DNA of 64,000 nt from an uncultured Gemmatimonadales bacterium (GTDB lineage Bacteria; Gemmatimonadota; Gemmatimonadetes; Gemmatimonadales; Gemmatimonadaceae). The stretch covers positions 128,001 to 192,000 of the forward strand of contig CAVPQB010000006.1 in NCBI GenBank assembly GCA_963707505.1. Direction: 5' to 3'. Position numbers and translations under genes: made by a program. Numbering within the stretch: position 1 is the first letter of the stretch; each line of letters opens with the position of its first letter. Positions 1 to 8,740 of the stretch are shown here, one piece after another. The notes beneath the pieces are model-generated. The model was not told the origin of the DNA and searched no databases. It saw nothing but the letters and a program-made list of their open reading frames with translations.

Positions 1-919
1 CGAATTCGGCATCCGCAACATGCTGAAGAACGGTCAGGTATTCGACACCACGACGACACAGGTCAGATCGTTCGACGCAGTGATCGCGCCTCGCGTCGCA
101 CTCACCAAGGGCTTCGGTAGCAACGCGTCAGTGTACGCGAGCGTCAGCTCGGGTTACACGCCGCCGCTGCTGAGCAATACCATCGACAACACCGGCGCTG
201 TCGATCTCTCGCTCAAACCTGAGCGCGCCGTACAGTATGAAGTCGGAGCGCAGGGCAGCCTCCTGGCGAATCGCCTCAACGGGCAGATCTCGCTATTCGA
301 CATCGAGAACACCGACAAGCTGGTATCCCAGACGGCGAACTCGATAACGTACACGACCAACGCCGGCAAGCAGCGCGACCGCGGTGCAGAAGCATCACTC
401 AGCTATCTCGTGATCGACAACCCGACGCAGCTCGTGTCGCTGGTACGTCCGTGGGCATCGTACACGTACACCGACTCCAGATTCATCGACTTCAAGAGCG
501 ATAACAACAACAGTGCTGCGACGGTCGATTTCTCGGACAAGGCAGTGCCACGCGTTCCGCGCAACATGTTCAACGGCGGACTCGACCTGGCCACCAGCCA
601 GGGCATCTACCTCAACAGCACTTATCAGTACGTCGACAAGGTCCCCGTTACATTCGACAACTCGACCTACGTCAAGTCATACGATCTACTCGGTGCCAAG
701 ATCGGTTACAAGACGAAGGTGGACAAACACTGGTCGTTCGATGCGTCAGTGGGCGGCGACAACCTGCTCGGCAGCACGTACTACAGCTTCCTGTTCGTTG
801 GACCGAATTACGCCGGTCTCGCACAGGCACAGGACGGCGGCCACGGCGATGGATACATCATCCCCGGACCGTACAAGGCGACGGTCTACGGAAACCTGAC
901 GCTGCGCTACACGTTCTGA
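1..919 (+). CDS. TonB-dependent receptor, C-terminal part (5' end outside the window)
   Basis: Beta-barrel signatures LKPERAVQYEVG, NAGKQRDRGAE and DNLLGSTYY; C-terminal aromatic motif NLTLRYTF; ORF open at the window edge. Confidence 0.9.
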   Translation, partial: EFGIRNMLKNGQVFDTTTTQVRSFDAVIAPRVALTKGFGSNASVYASVSSGYTPPLLSNTIDNTGAVDLSLKPERAVQYEVGAQGSLLANRLNGQISLFDIENTDKLVSQTANSITYTTNAGKQRDRGAEASLSYLVIDNPTQLVSLVRPWASYTYTDSRFIDFKSDNNNSAATVDFSDKAVPRVPRNMFNGGLDLATSQGIYLNSTYQYVDKVPVTFDNSTYVKSYDLLGAKIGYKTKVDKHWSFDASVGGDNLLGSTYYSFLFVGPNYAGLAQAQDGGHGDGYIIPGPYKATVYGNLTLRYTF

Positions 920-937
920 GCTTCCTTGTGAACCATG

Positions 938-978
938 AAACAAAGCGGGGCCGGCATCGCGCCGGCCCCGCTTTGTTT
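938..978. terminator. Bidirectional intrinsic terminator
   Basis: Perfect 18-bp inverted repeat aaacaaagcggggccggc-atcgc-gccggccccgctttgttt between convergent genes. Confidence 0.9.
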
Positions 979-1014
979 AAGTCTGTCTTGCTACGATCCG
1001 GTAAGTCCTGCCGA

Positions 1015-1251
1015 TCAGTCCCGGCGCGTCCTGCCCGAATCGGTCGAATCCCGATGCGTATCCGGATCCAGAGCACGCTCGGCCTTGCCGAAGTTCTTCT
1101 GAATCTTGCCCTTCAGCTGCTCGCCACGTCCCTCGGCGTGCATGCTCGAATCGTCGACCGCGTCGCCGACGTCGCCCTTGATCTTGCCGGCCGCTTCCTT
1201 GACGGCTCCCTTAGCTTCGTTCGCGGCACCCTTCTTGTTCATGTCTGCCAT
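1015..1251 (-). CDS. CsbD family general stress protein
   Basis: KGAANEAKGAVKEAAGKIKGD...AEGRGEQLKGKIQKNFGKA is the CsbD/YjbJ pattern; GGAG upstream of ATG 1251. Confidence 0.85.
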   Translation of the reverse strand: MADMNKKGAANEAKGAVKEAAGKIKGDVGDAVDDSSMHAEGRGEQLKGKIQKNFGKAERALDPDTHRDSTDSGRTRRD

Positions 1252-1294
1252 GTGCTCATCCTCCGTTGTTTGCATGATGATAGTGCTACACGAG

Positions 1295-1309
1295 GCAAGC
1301 GGCATGCCG
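1295..1309 (-). promoter_or_regulatory. Putative sigma54 (-24/-12) promoter for the CsbD gene
   Basis: Minus strand cGGCATGccgcTTGC, exact GG-N10-GC spacing, about 45 nt upstream of the start. Confidence 0.6.
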
Positions 1310-1410
1310 AGTAGCGCTCAACGACCCCGTACTTATGAGACACTCTTGTTGGGGTTGCGCTCGCCGGAGAATATCTTTGTATGCTCCTGTACTGACCCTC
1401 ATAACACACC

Positions 1411-2721
1411 TTGATCAAGCGTTCCAGAACAGCGCAATCCCTCCGGGCGATCGCGCGCGCGGCGATCTTCGTCACGATCGCGACGGCAATCGCCGCATGC
1501 GCCGACGTTCCGACTGCGTTCGGTCCGACGCCCGCCCAGGCGAAGGCAAACGCCGACGGATTGTTCGGAGCGTTCGTTAAACGTTTCACGAACGTCGAGC
1601 GTACTCCGCGCTACGCTCGCGCGAGAGAGATGCTGCTGCACTACGCGCTCACACCGTCCGAAGTTTACGGCGACACGTCGATCTGGACCTCGTCCGGGCC
1701 CGACGGATATCGCACGCTGTTCGGCAACGCCACGTTCCGGGATGGTCGCTACATCTTCAGCAACACTGTCACGGATGATCCCGTACAGGAGCTCGGCGAG
1801 GGGCGTCACATCATGCGCCTTCACAAGCTCAACAACGATGATTACGACTGGTTCACCGGCGTCGATTTCGTCGCTGGAACCATCAAGGCAAACGACTTGG
1901 GGAACGTCATTACACAGTGGCTGGCGGCAAGTGAAGGCCATAACGGAACAGAACTGCGTGCAGGATATCGCACCCAGTTCCCGCGAACCACGGAAGCATT
2001 GGGCAAGCTGTACTCTCTCGACACGCTGATTTCGACGCGCGATGCAGACGGCGCCAACAATCTGTATGCAGTAGTACACATCACGCCCGACGGAATTCGC
2101 AAGGACTATCCGGCGTATGCCGCATACATGGCAAAGTACGCAGACAAGGTGAAGCTTCACTTCACGCTACAGGATTCGCGCGGATCCAGGTGGCTCGACG
2201 TGACGTCGCGCGATGGTTACATCACGCTCCATCTGCGATCGCGTGACGGACACTTCGCTCCACTCGAGGGTCCCATCCGCCCCATGCCCGACACTCTCGC
2301 GATGCGGGTGGATTTCACCGCGAAGATCAAGCTCTTCACGATCGGCGTCGAGCACATGACCGGAGAGTGGGTCAACATCCACACCGAGCATGATCGCGGT
2401 TGGGCTCTCCGTTTCACAAAGGAGCCAGGCTGGGTGCTTCCCCCGATCGTCGGGTATCTCATCAAGTCGCCGCTTCGCCGTCCTTTCGAGGGAAACGGCA
2501 CGCAATTCCGCTTCACCATCCACGACCAGCCAGGCGCACCCACGCTCATGAGCCGCCGAGGCTCCACTACTGTCCGCGAGAGCGCGATCCTTCGCTTCAT
2601 TGGCAAGCTGGGCGGCGCTGCGATGGGTGATTTCGTATCGAACGCGGAAGCTGATGAGAACCGCTTCAACGTCGTACTGTACAGCGCACTGAAAGCGGAC
2701 GTGGATTCAGCGATTCGTTAG
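1411..2721 (+). CDS. Hypothetical lipoprotein (436 aa)
   Basis: Long ORF with basic N-terminus, hydrophobic stretch and lipobox-like IAA-C; no recognised domain. Confidence 0.7.
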   Translation: MIKRSRTAQSLRAIARAAIFVTIATAIAACADVPTAFGPTPAQAKANADGLFGAFVKRFTNVERTPRYARAREMLLHYALTPSEVYGDTSIWTSSGPDGYRTLFGNATFRDGRYIFSNTVTDDPVQELGEGRHIMRLHKLNNDDYDWFTGVDFVAGTIKANDLGNVITQWLAASEGHNGTELRAGYRTQFPRTTEALGKLYSLDTLISTRDADGANNLYAVVHITPDGIRKDYPAYAAYMAKYADKVKLHFTLQDSRGSRWLDVTSRDGYITLHLRSRDGHFAPLEGPIRPMPDTLAMRVDFTAKIKLFTIGVEHMTGEWVNIHTEHDRGWALRFTKEPGWVLPPIVGYLIKSPLRRPFEGNGTQFRFTIHDQPGAPTLMSRRGSTTVRESAILRFIGKLGGAAMGDFVSNAEADENRFNVVLYSALKADVDSAIR

Positions 2722-3653
2722 CGCGCAACTTCTTCATCTTCAAACGGGATCACCACTTCCATCCCGTCCCGCGCCACGACAGCCGACGGAAACACCGACC
2801 TCGCCTCGGCCGCCAGCTGCTGGACGTCGCGCGAGTATCGCGATGAGATGTGCGTGAGCACCAACCGTTTCACCGCCGCTTTTTCTGCGACGGTTGCCGC
2901 CTCGCGAGCGGTACTGTGACCGGTCTCGATGGCGAGCGGCGCCTCCTCGTCTGCGAAAGTCGCCTCGTGAATGAGCAGATCGGCGCCCGTCGCGACCTCG
3001 ACCGTCGTGTCCGAAGGGCGAGCGTCGCCCGTGAACACGAGCTTTCGTCCGGCACGCGTGGGTCCGACGAGCTCCGAGGGATGCACGACCCTCCCGTCGG
3101 GTAGCGTTATCTCGTGCCCCTTGTGGATCTGACCCCAGAGCGGACCCTCCGGGATTCCCATTGACCTCGCAAGTTCGGGATTGAAGCGGCCAAGCCTCGA
3201 GCTCTCCACGATCGCCAGACCAAGCGCGAGCGCGCCACCATGCTCGACGCCGAAGGGGAGTATGGAGTAGCCATCACGCTGGAGCGACTCACCGGGTGTC
3301 ATCTCGATGTAGCTGATCGGAAAGTGCTGTTTGTCGCTTCCGAGCGTCACAGCCTGGCGCAGCAGCCGCTCCGATTTGGGCGGCCCGAAGAGCCTCATGG
3401 GTTCGGTCCGCCCTTGCAGCGCCATGGTCCGGATGAGCCCCGTGACCCCGAGAATGTGGTCAGCGTGCATGTGGGTGAAAAAGATGTCACCGACGTTGAA
3501 TGACACGCCGTAGCGCATCATTTGGCGCTGAGTCCCTTCACCACAGTCGAAAAGAAATGTCTCGCCCCCGCGGCGGATCGCCAGCGATGTGACGTTGCGC
3601 TCGACCGTGGGCCGAGAGGCAGATGTTCCTAAAAAACGAACGCTCAGATCCAT
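2718..3653 (-). CDS. rnz: Ribonuclease Z
   Basis: FLGTS start, FDCGEGTQRQ, metallo-beta-lactamase THMHADHILG, GP-rich flexible arm GIPEGPLWG, HEATF, HST and LTHISSRY. Confidence 0.97.
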   Translation of the reverse strand: MDLSVRFLGTSASRPTVERNVTSLAIRRGGETFLFDCGEGTQRQMMRYGVSFNVGDIFFTHMHADHILGVTGLIRTMALQGRTEPMRLFGPPKSERLLRQAVTLGSDKQHFPISYIEMTPGESLQRDGYSILPFGVEHGGALALGLAIVESSRLGRFNPELARSMGIPEGPLWGQIHKGHEITLPDGRVVHPSELVGPTRAGRKLVFTGDARPSDTTVEVATGADLLIHEATFADEEAPLAIETGHSTAREAATVAEKAAVKRLVLTHISSRYSRDVQQLAAEARSVFPSAVVARDGMEVVIPFEDEEVAR

Positions 3654-3670
3654 GGCCCAATATATCGAAG

Positions 3671-3699
3671 TTGACTTTTGGGTCGTTCCGGCCTATACT
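3671..3699 (+). promoter_or_regulatory. Sigma70 promoter for tRNA-Ala
   Basis: TTGACT-N17-TATACT, about 65 nt upstream of the tRNA. Confidence 0.75.
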
Positions 3700-3765
3700 T
3701 GATGGAAGTACCACCCGTGTGCGACGGGTAGCTACGCCTTTGTCGCAACCAGAATTCACGGTCGC

Positions 3766-3838
3766 GGGGCTGTAGCTCAGTTGGTAGAGCGCTGCAATCG
3801 CACTGCAGAGGTCAGGGGTTCGATTCCCCTCAGCTCCA
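3766..3838 (+). tRNA. tRNA-Ala (anticodon CGC), CCA not encoded
   Basis: Acceptor stem GGGGCTG/CAGCTCC with G3:U70, D-arm GCTC/GAGC, anticodon stem CTGCA/TGCAG with loop ATCGCAC, T-loop GGTTCGATTCC, discriminator A followed by CT. Confidence 0.97.
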
Positions 3839-3945
3839 CTTGGATGTTACCGCAGGCTTCGGCCCGCGTCTTGTAAATAGATATTGTATTGCCCGCCGCC
3901 GATCGGTAGGACGTAGAGTTCCAATGACGGCGTGCGTGGCAGCCT

Positions 3946-3974
3946 AACCCCGGGATAACTCCTGGGGTTTTTTT
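3946..3974 (+). terminator. Intrinsic terminator of the tRNA transcript
   Basis: Hairpin aaccccggga-taac-tcctggggtt followed by a T run. Confidence 0.85.
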
Positions 3975-4018
3975 GTATGGGCAGCCCCCTGTGCCTGCCC
4001 CGCCTCAGTCCGGTGGGC

Positions 4019-4312
4019 CTACGCCGGCGCGAAGGCCGGCGCCCCGAACCCCACCGGCATCGAGCGCTTGAAAAGCTCGGCGATAGTTGTATCGGTCAGC
4101 GCAGCCTGGATCTTTGACGCCGGCACTCGATCGGTAACCACCGAGGCCTCCACTCCGCGCCAGTCGAACCGGGCGTACCGGTCCTTGCGCCCCGTGCTCG
4201 GGTCCGGATGATGGAATACGACGTTCGCGCTGCTATAGCCCGGAAGCTGGACCTCGACGCCCCAAAGCGTGCCGTCCGCGGTCCGAAAAGGCTTCATATT
4301 CTTGATGCTCAC
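4019..4312 (-). CDS. Hypothetical protein (97 aa)
   Basis: GTG start overlaps the upstream stop (GTGA), GAGGAGG SD, globular composition. Confidence 0.65.
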   Translation of the reverse strand: MSIKNMKPFRTADGTLWGVEVQLPGYSSANVVFHHPDPSTGRKDRYARFDWRGVEASVVTDRVPASKIQAALTDTTIAELFKRSMPVGFGAPAFAPA

Positions 4313-4587
4313 GGTCCCTCCTCGAAGAGTTGCTGCACGTCGAGCTCAACGCCAAGATAATTGATCTCGGCGACATAGCTCTCGATGTCCACGGCCAGCG
4401 CGCGCACCTCGGCTTCGAGCTCCTGCGCCGCCTCACTCGGCTCCGCCGCCGTGCTGTTCACCGATGCGAGCTCGAACTCGCGCACCTTGTCGCGCCAGAT
4501 CGATAAATCGCGGCGAAGGTCGGCGACGATCTCTCGAACCATGGGATACGACGGATGTCGCGCATCGAGCAGTGGCCCCCAATCCAT
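4309..4587 (-). CDS. Coiled-coil hypothetical protein, resembles the N-terminal half of DUF2203 proteins
   Basis: PMVREIVADL...EIN.LGVE pattern recalled for DUF2203; the downstream GLVDFP/CW motifs are absent. Confidence 0.55.
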   Translation of the reverse strand: MDWGPLLDARHPSYPMVREIVADLRRDLSIWRDKVREFELASVNSTAAEPSEAAQELEAEVRALAVDIESYVAEINYLGVELDVQQLFEEGP

Positions 4588-4596
4588 TTGCCGAAT

Positions 4597-5634
4597 CTAA
4601 TCTGCGGTGTTGTGGGGTTGTAGTAAGCCGAGGCTCACGTCCTGCTGCACCGCTGCAGTGCGCTGCCGCGAGAGCTGCAGCTCGACAATTGCGTACGAGC
4701 CCAATACCAGAACAGCCGCAATTCCCTGCGCGATAAGTGTCTCGACTGTCGGGAAGATCGCGAACCACAGCCCCATCCACGGACGAATCACACCCTCGAG
4801 AGCTGGAATAGGGGTCGTGCCGATCCAGTGCGCCAGCTGCATCTCCTGCGCCTGCTCACCAACCATCACGAGCAGCACGATACCGAGAAGAGCGCCAGTG
4901 AGCACGAGCATGCGCTTGTACGGCAGCTTGCGATGTGCGACGAACGTCAGCACCGCAACGATGCTGGCGAAGATGAGACCGACGATCACGCCGTTCAGGA
5001 CCGCGTGACCGCCAAGCTTGAGCCGGTAGTTCTGCAGGAAGAGAACCACCTCGAAGCCCTCGCGATACAGCGACGTGAATCCAAGCGCTGCAAGGCCCCA
5101 CGCAACACGCGCACGCGACTCGCCACGATCGACGCTCTTGAGCAACGCGCGCTTCTTCTTGGTGTGCAGCGAGATCCAGCCAGACCAGTAGAACTTGTGG
5201 AAAAACCAGTTCATCACGATGAGGAGCACGATTATCGCGATCAGACCCGTTGCCGCCTGGAGGTCGAGCGCCGGCACGCTATCCCCGATGCTATCGAGAA
5301 TGCCGACGACGATTCGCCACGTCAGCAACGTCGCGATGAACGCGACTGCAGCGCCAAGCGTGATGGGCTTTCGATACAACTTGCTGTCGCCCACCATGCT
5401 CGCGGTGATTGCGGAGAGCACGAGAATGCATTCGAGACCCTCGCGGAAGACGAGCACCGCAATGTCAATCGACGCCGCCGTCGAGCCGTGGTCGAGCGTG
5501 GGCTCCGGATTCCCTCCCGCAGTCACGCCCTGCCAGACCAGTAAAGCAATGACGGCGAGAGCGCCGGCGATCCATGCAATGCGGGATCCGATGCGCCGCG
5601 CCGGAAGGGTGGATTCCTGTGAACGTTCAGTCAT
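4597..5634 (-). CDS. FTR1 family iron permease
   Basis: Two RExxE motifs (FREGLE, YREGFE) in a multi-TM protein. Confidence 0.92.
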   Translation of the reverse strand: MTERSQESTLPARRIGSRIAWIAGALAVIALLVWQGVTAGGNPEPTLDHGSTAASIDIAVLVFREGLECILVLSAITASMVGDSKLYRKPITLGAAVAFIATLLTWRIVVGILDSIGDSVPALDLQAATGLIAIIVLLIVMNWFFHKFYWSGWISLHTKKKRALLKSVDRGESRARVAWGLAALGFTSLYREGFEVVLFLQNYRLKLGGHAVLNGVIVGLIFASIVAVLTFVAHRKLPYKRMLVLTGALLGIVLLVMVGEQAQEMQLAHWIGTTPIPALEGVIRPWMGLWFAIFPTVETLIAQGIAAVLVLGSYAIVELQLSRQRTAAVQQDVSLGLLQPHNTAD

Positions 5635-6265
5635 CTGTCAGATGGTGCTCTATCACGTAACGTGTCTGGCCCGCGACCGATGAGATACCGAGCTTGCGCG
5701 CGATGCTCTCACGATGGGTCTCGACCGTTCGGTGGCTGATTCCGAGATCCGCCGCGATCTCCTTGTTGGTTCCGCCAGCGGCGACACGCACGAGCACCTG
5801 TCGCTCGCGCCTGGTAATTGGCGATTCGGTTTGTGTAATGGCTGCGACGCGTGGCCGCGCCAGCTCGGGACTGAAGAATGTCTCACCGGCCATCACGGCA
5901 CGAACTGCTGCGCGCAGGTCAGTCGCTGCACTGTCCTTCAACAGGTAGCCGTGAGTACCGGCGCGCACGCTCTCCGCAATGTATTCCGCATCGTCGTGCA
6001 TGCTCAACATCAGAATGCGCGTGTTCTCGAGATCACGCCGCAGCTCGGCCAGCACCCCAAGCCCCGATCCGCCAGGCATGGATACGTCGAGTATTATCAC
6101 ATCCGGCCGTTGCTCTCGTGCAAGCCGCAACGCGGACGGTCCGTCGGTCGCCTCGGCGACCACCGCGACACCGGGCATGGACTCGAGAATGTGTCTGATT
6201 CCCGCGCGCACCACCGCGTGATCGTCCGCCACGAGAACCGTTATCTCCTGTGCCACTGCGGTCAT
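5627..6265 (-). CDS. NarL/LuxR family response regulator
   Basis: REC domain (VADDH, DVSMP, GYLLK) plus LuxR HTH (ITRRERQVL...NKEIA..LGISHRTVETHR). Confidence 0.95.
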   Translation of the reverse strand: MTAVAQEITVLVADDHAVVRAGIRHILESMPGVAVVAEATDGPSALRLAREQRPDVIILDVSMPGGSGLGVLAELRRDLENTRILMLSMHDDAEYIAESVRAGTHGYLLKDSAATDLRAAVRAVMAGETFFSPELARPRVAAITQTESPITRRERQVLVRVAAGGTNKEIAADLGISHRTVETHRESIARKLGISSVAGQTRYVIEHHLTDD

Positions 6266-8082
6266 GCGATGACACCCACGTCCAGCGGCAGACTCGCAGC
6301 CAGCTGAGCCCCTCCCCCAGGGTTGTCACAAAGCTCGACGGAGCCGCCGAGTGACGCGAACCGCTCCCGCATTCCGATGAGTCCCATACCGGAGTGTGTC
6401 GAACCGCCGCGCTCGGAAGGGAGTCCGCACCCGTCATCGATGACTGTCAGCTTGACGTTGCCGTCGTCGCAGATGAGCGCTATATCGACGACCGATGCGC
6501 CTGCGTGGCGGCCGATGTTCGACAGCGCCTCCTGAAGGGCGCGATAGAATGCGAGATCCGCGCCGTCTTCGAGTGCAGGAAACTCCTGCGCTGGTGGAAG
6601 ATCGAGACGCACTTCCGTGCCGGATCGTTGCGCGAACGCCGTCGCGACGGATCGCAGCGCGGGTACGAGCCCCAGATCGTCGAGCAGGGACGGCCGCAGA
6701 TCATGAATCACTGCGCGAATGCTGCGTATTCCCGCATCGGTCAGCGCGAGTGCCTCGTCCACCCGGCCGGCGTCAGACGCGGGAACGACGTCGCGGAGAA
6801 TCGCGAGCTCCATCTTGACCGCAGATAGCAGCTGCGCGGTTTCATCATGCAGCTCGCGCGACAGCCGGCGGCGTTCATCTTCCTGCTGCAACACCATTCG
6901 TGTCGAGAGACGCTCGAGGTCTGCGGTGCGCTGTTGCAGCGCGCTGTACAATCGCGAATTTTCGAGAGTGCCGCCCATCTGGCGGCCGAGCGCGGTGAGA
7001 AAATTTGCGTCGAGCGCTGCGAACGGAACGTGATCTTCTGCGACTATCACGAGCGCACTTCCGCCACCCTCTGCGCCACGCTCCTCCACGGGCAGAACCG
7101 CTGCAAACGGGAAGGCGAGCCCGTCGCCAATTGCATCTGCGACAGCGCTCCACTCCGGCGCGATGAACGCACGTTGCGAGCCGGCCGCAACACGCGACAG
7201 CAGCACGGCCTGCGACCCCGTTGGCGTCGTTCCACTCCATCCCTCGCACGCACCCACGCCAAGCTCGAAATACCCATCACGCGCCGGGTCGAGTCGGAAT
7301 ACCGCTGCACCGCTCACTGCCGGCACGGAAACGATCCGCTGCAGAACCGTCGCGACCACGCGCTCACGTGATGACGAGGCAGCCGACATCAGATCAGACG
7401 AGAGAGTGCCGAGTGTACCGACACCGCGACGAAGGTCATCGGTGACGAGCAGAAGGATGCCGGCACCGACGGTGATCGTGAGGAGCACATCAACGTAATA
7501 TCCCCATGGAAGCCACGCGCCGTACGCACGCAGCAATGGATAGTCGAGATGATGTACGCCCCACACGAAGAACGCTGCGGCGAGGACAGTCGCGCCGGTC
7601 GAGCGCGTGCTGCGTGCGTAGCGATAGAACACGACTCCCGTCCACAGTGTCGCGCACGACAGAAACAGCACCATCGGAACTGACGCGAGTGTGTACGCTC
7701 CGAGATGGTAGACTGCGAAGTACGACCAGATTGGTGGAAAAAGTACCGCGATGATGTGCCAGCGTCGTCGCCGAAATCTGCCCGAGAATACGAGCGCGGT
7801 CGCGAGCACTGCGAGCGCCGTCCATCCGGTGAAGACCTGATGCCAGTAGAGCAGTATCGATTCGCGCGTGAATATGAACGCACCGATCGCCGCGAGTCGC
7901 ACGACATACAGTCCCCACGCAAGCGACCACCACGCGAATACCGGCTTGCGGTACTCGCGATACTGCCATGCGCAGACCACCATGAGCCCGAGTGTGACCG
8001 AAATCTGCAACAGCACGGCCGCCAGTTCGGCGCCTGCTGCGGCAAATGCTGGGCTGGACTCCGGCGACCAACTCTGAATCAT
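6262..8082 (-). CDS. Membrane sensor histidine kinase (HisKA_3 type), ~7 TM plus GAF-like region
   Basis: ERRRLSRELHDE H-box, QEALSNIGRHA N-box, DDGCG, GMGLIGMRER; seven hydrophobic N-terminal segments. Confidence 0.93.
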   Translation of the reverse strand: MIQSWSPESSPAFAAAGAELAAVLLQISVTLGLMVVCAWQYREYRKPVFAWWSLAWGLYVVRLAAIGAFIFTRESILLYWHQVFTGWTALAVLATALVFSGRFRRRRWHIIAVLFPPIWSYFAVYHLGAYTLASVPMVLFLSCATLWTGVVFYRYARSTRSTGATVLAAAFFVWGVHHLDYPLLRAYGAWLPWGYYVDVLLTITVGAGILLLVTDDLRRGVGTLGTLSSDLMSAASSSRERVVATVLQRIVSVPAVSGAAVFRLDPARDGYFELGVGACEGWSGTTPTGSQAVLLSRVAAGSQRAFIAPEWSAVADAIGDGLAFPFAAVLPVEERGAEGGGSALVIVAEDHVPFAALDANFLTALGRQMGGTLENSRLYSALQQRTADLERLSTRMVLQQEDERRRLSRELHDETAQLLSAVKMELAILRDVVPASDAGRVDEALALTDAGIRSIRAVIHDLRPSLLDDLGLVPALRSVATAFAQRSGTEVRLDLPPAQEFPALEDGADLAFYRALQEALSNIGRHAGASVVDIALICDDGNVKLTVIDDGCGLPSERGGSTHSGMGLIGMRERFASLGGSVELCDNPGGGAQLAASLPLDVGVIA

Positions 8083-8220
8083 CGGCCTCGGCTGAGAGAA
8101 AAACTTACCCGAACAAATCTCTCGGTATTATATCGCCGGTGATGCCTTCGGCAAAGTCACAAATGTGTCGGAATGTCATCATCCCGCCGAAGGCTGGGAT
8201 GACGAATCGACAATCCGCCC

Positions 8221-8691
8221 CTAGTTCCGCTCCGCCAGCATCTGCTCCCGCCGCCTCGAAGCGATCCCATGCAGGTGGTGATCGGCCTCGGTCTCCAGAA
8301 TCAGCGGCGGAACTGGCGCCGGCTTGCCGTCGTCGCCCAGATGGACGAAGGTCAGCCAGCACTCGTTCGTGTGGCGGCGGCCACCGGTTCTCAAATCCTC
8401 GGCGTACACGTCTGCCACGACTGACATGGACGTTCTGCCCACGTGAGCGACGTGGGATCGGATCTCGACCAGATCACCTACCAGAATCGGCTCCTTGAAC
8501 AGAATCCGCTCGACCGACAGCGTGGTCGCCTGGCCTCCGGAGTGCTTCATCGCCGACAACGCAGCGCACTTATCGACCATGCTCATTACCACGCCTCCAA
8601 AGATCGACGGCGTGCGCAGACCGTTCGCCTGGCTCGGCATCATCAGATCGGCGATGATCGCTTCGGATTCGCGCGGGGTCTTCCCCTTCAT
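8221..8691 (-). CDS. Acyl-CoA thioesterase (hotdog fold, YciA-like)
   Basis: PSQAN...IFGGVVMSMVD, FKEPILVGD, VGRTSMSV, LTFVHL...P.PVPPL. Confidence 0.92.
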   Translation of the reverse strand: MKGKTPRESEAIIADLMMPSQANGLRTPSIFGGVVMSMVDKCAALSAMKHSGGQATTLSVERILFKEPILVGDLVEIRSHVAHVGRTSMSVVADVYAEDLRTGGRRHTNECWLTFVHLGDDGKPAPVPPLILETEADHHLHGIASRRREQMLAERN

Positions 8692-8740
8692 TTGTCTTCC
8701 GTTTGTTGGTGGTGCGGCGTGTATCGTCATGCCTGAGCCA

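Noticed and set aside
3891..3940. SRP RNA, 6S RNA or a known riboswitch in the tRNA trailer
   Set aside because: Lacks the SRP CAGG/GNRA/AGCA motif, is too short for 6S, and has no downstream same-strand gene or recognisable aptamer consensus; kept only as an unknown RNA candidate
8079..8108. Sigma28-like GCCGATGA upstream of the sensor kinase
   Set aside because: Overlaps the start codon and the spacing to the nearest TAAG is 17 nt instead of 15-16
3766..8200. Genomic island integrated at tRNA-Ala
   Set aside because: No integrase, no second copy of the tRNA 3' end seen in the window, and no evident compositional shift
8179..8202. Hairpin tcatcccgcc-gaa-ggctgggatga as a mobile REP element
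   Set aside because: Single short copy just after the thioesterase stop; more simply a terminator-like hairpin
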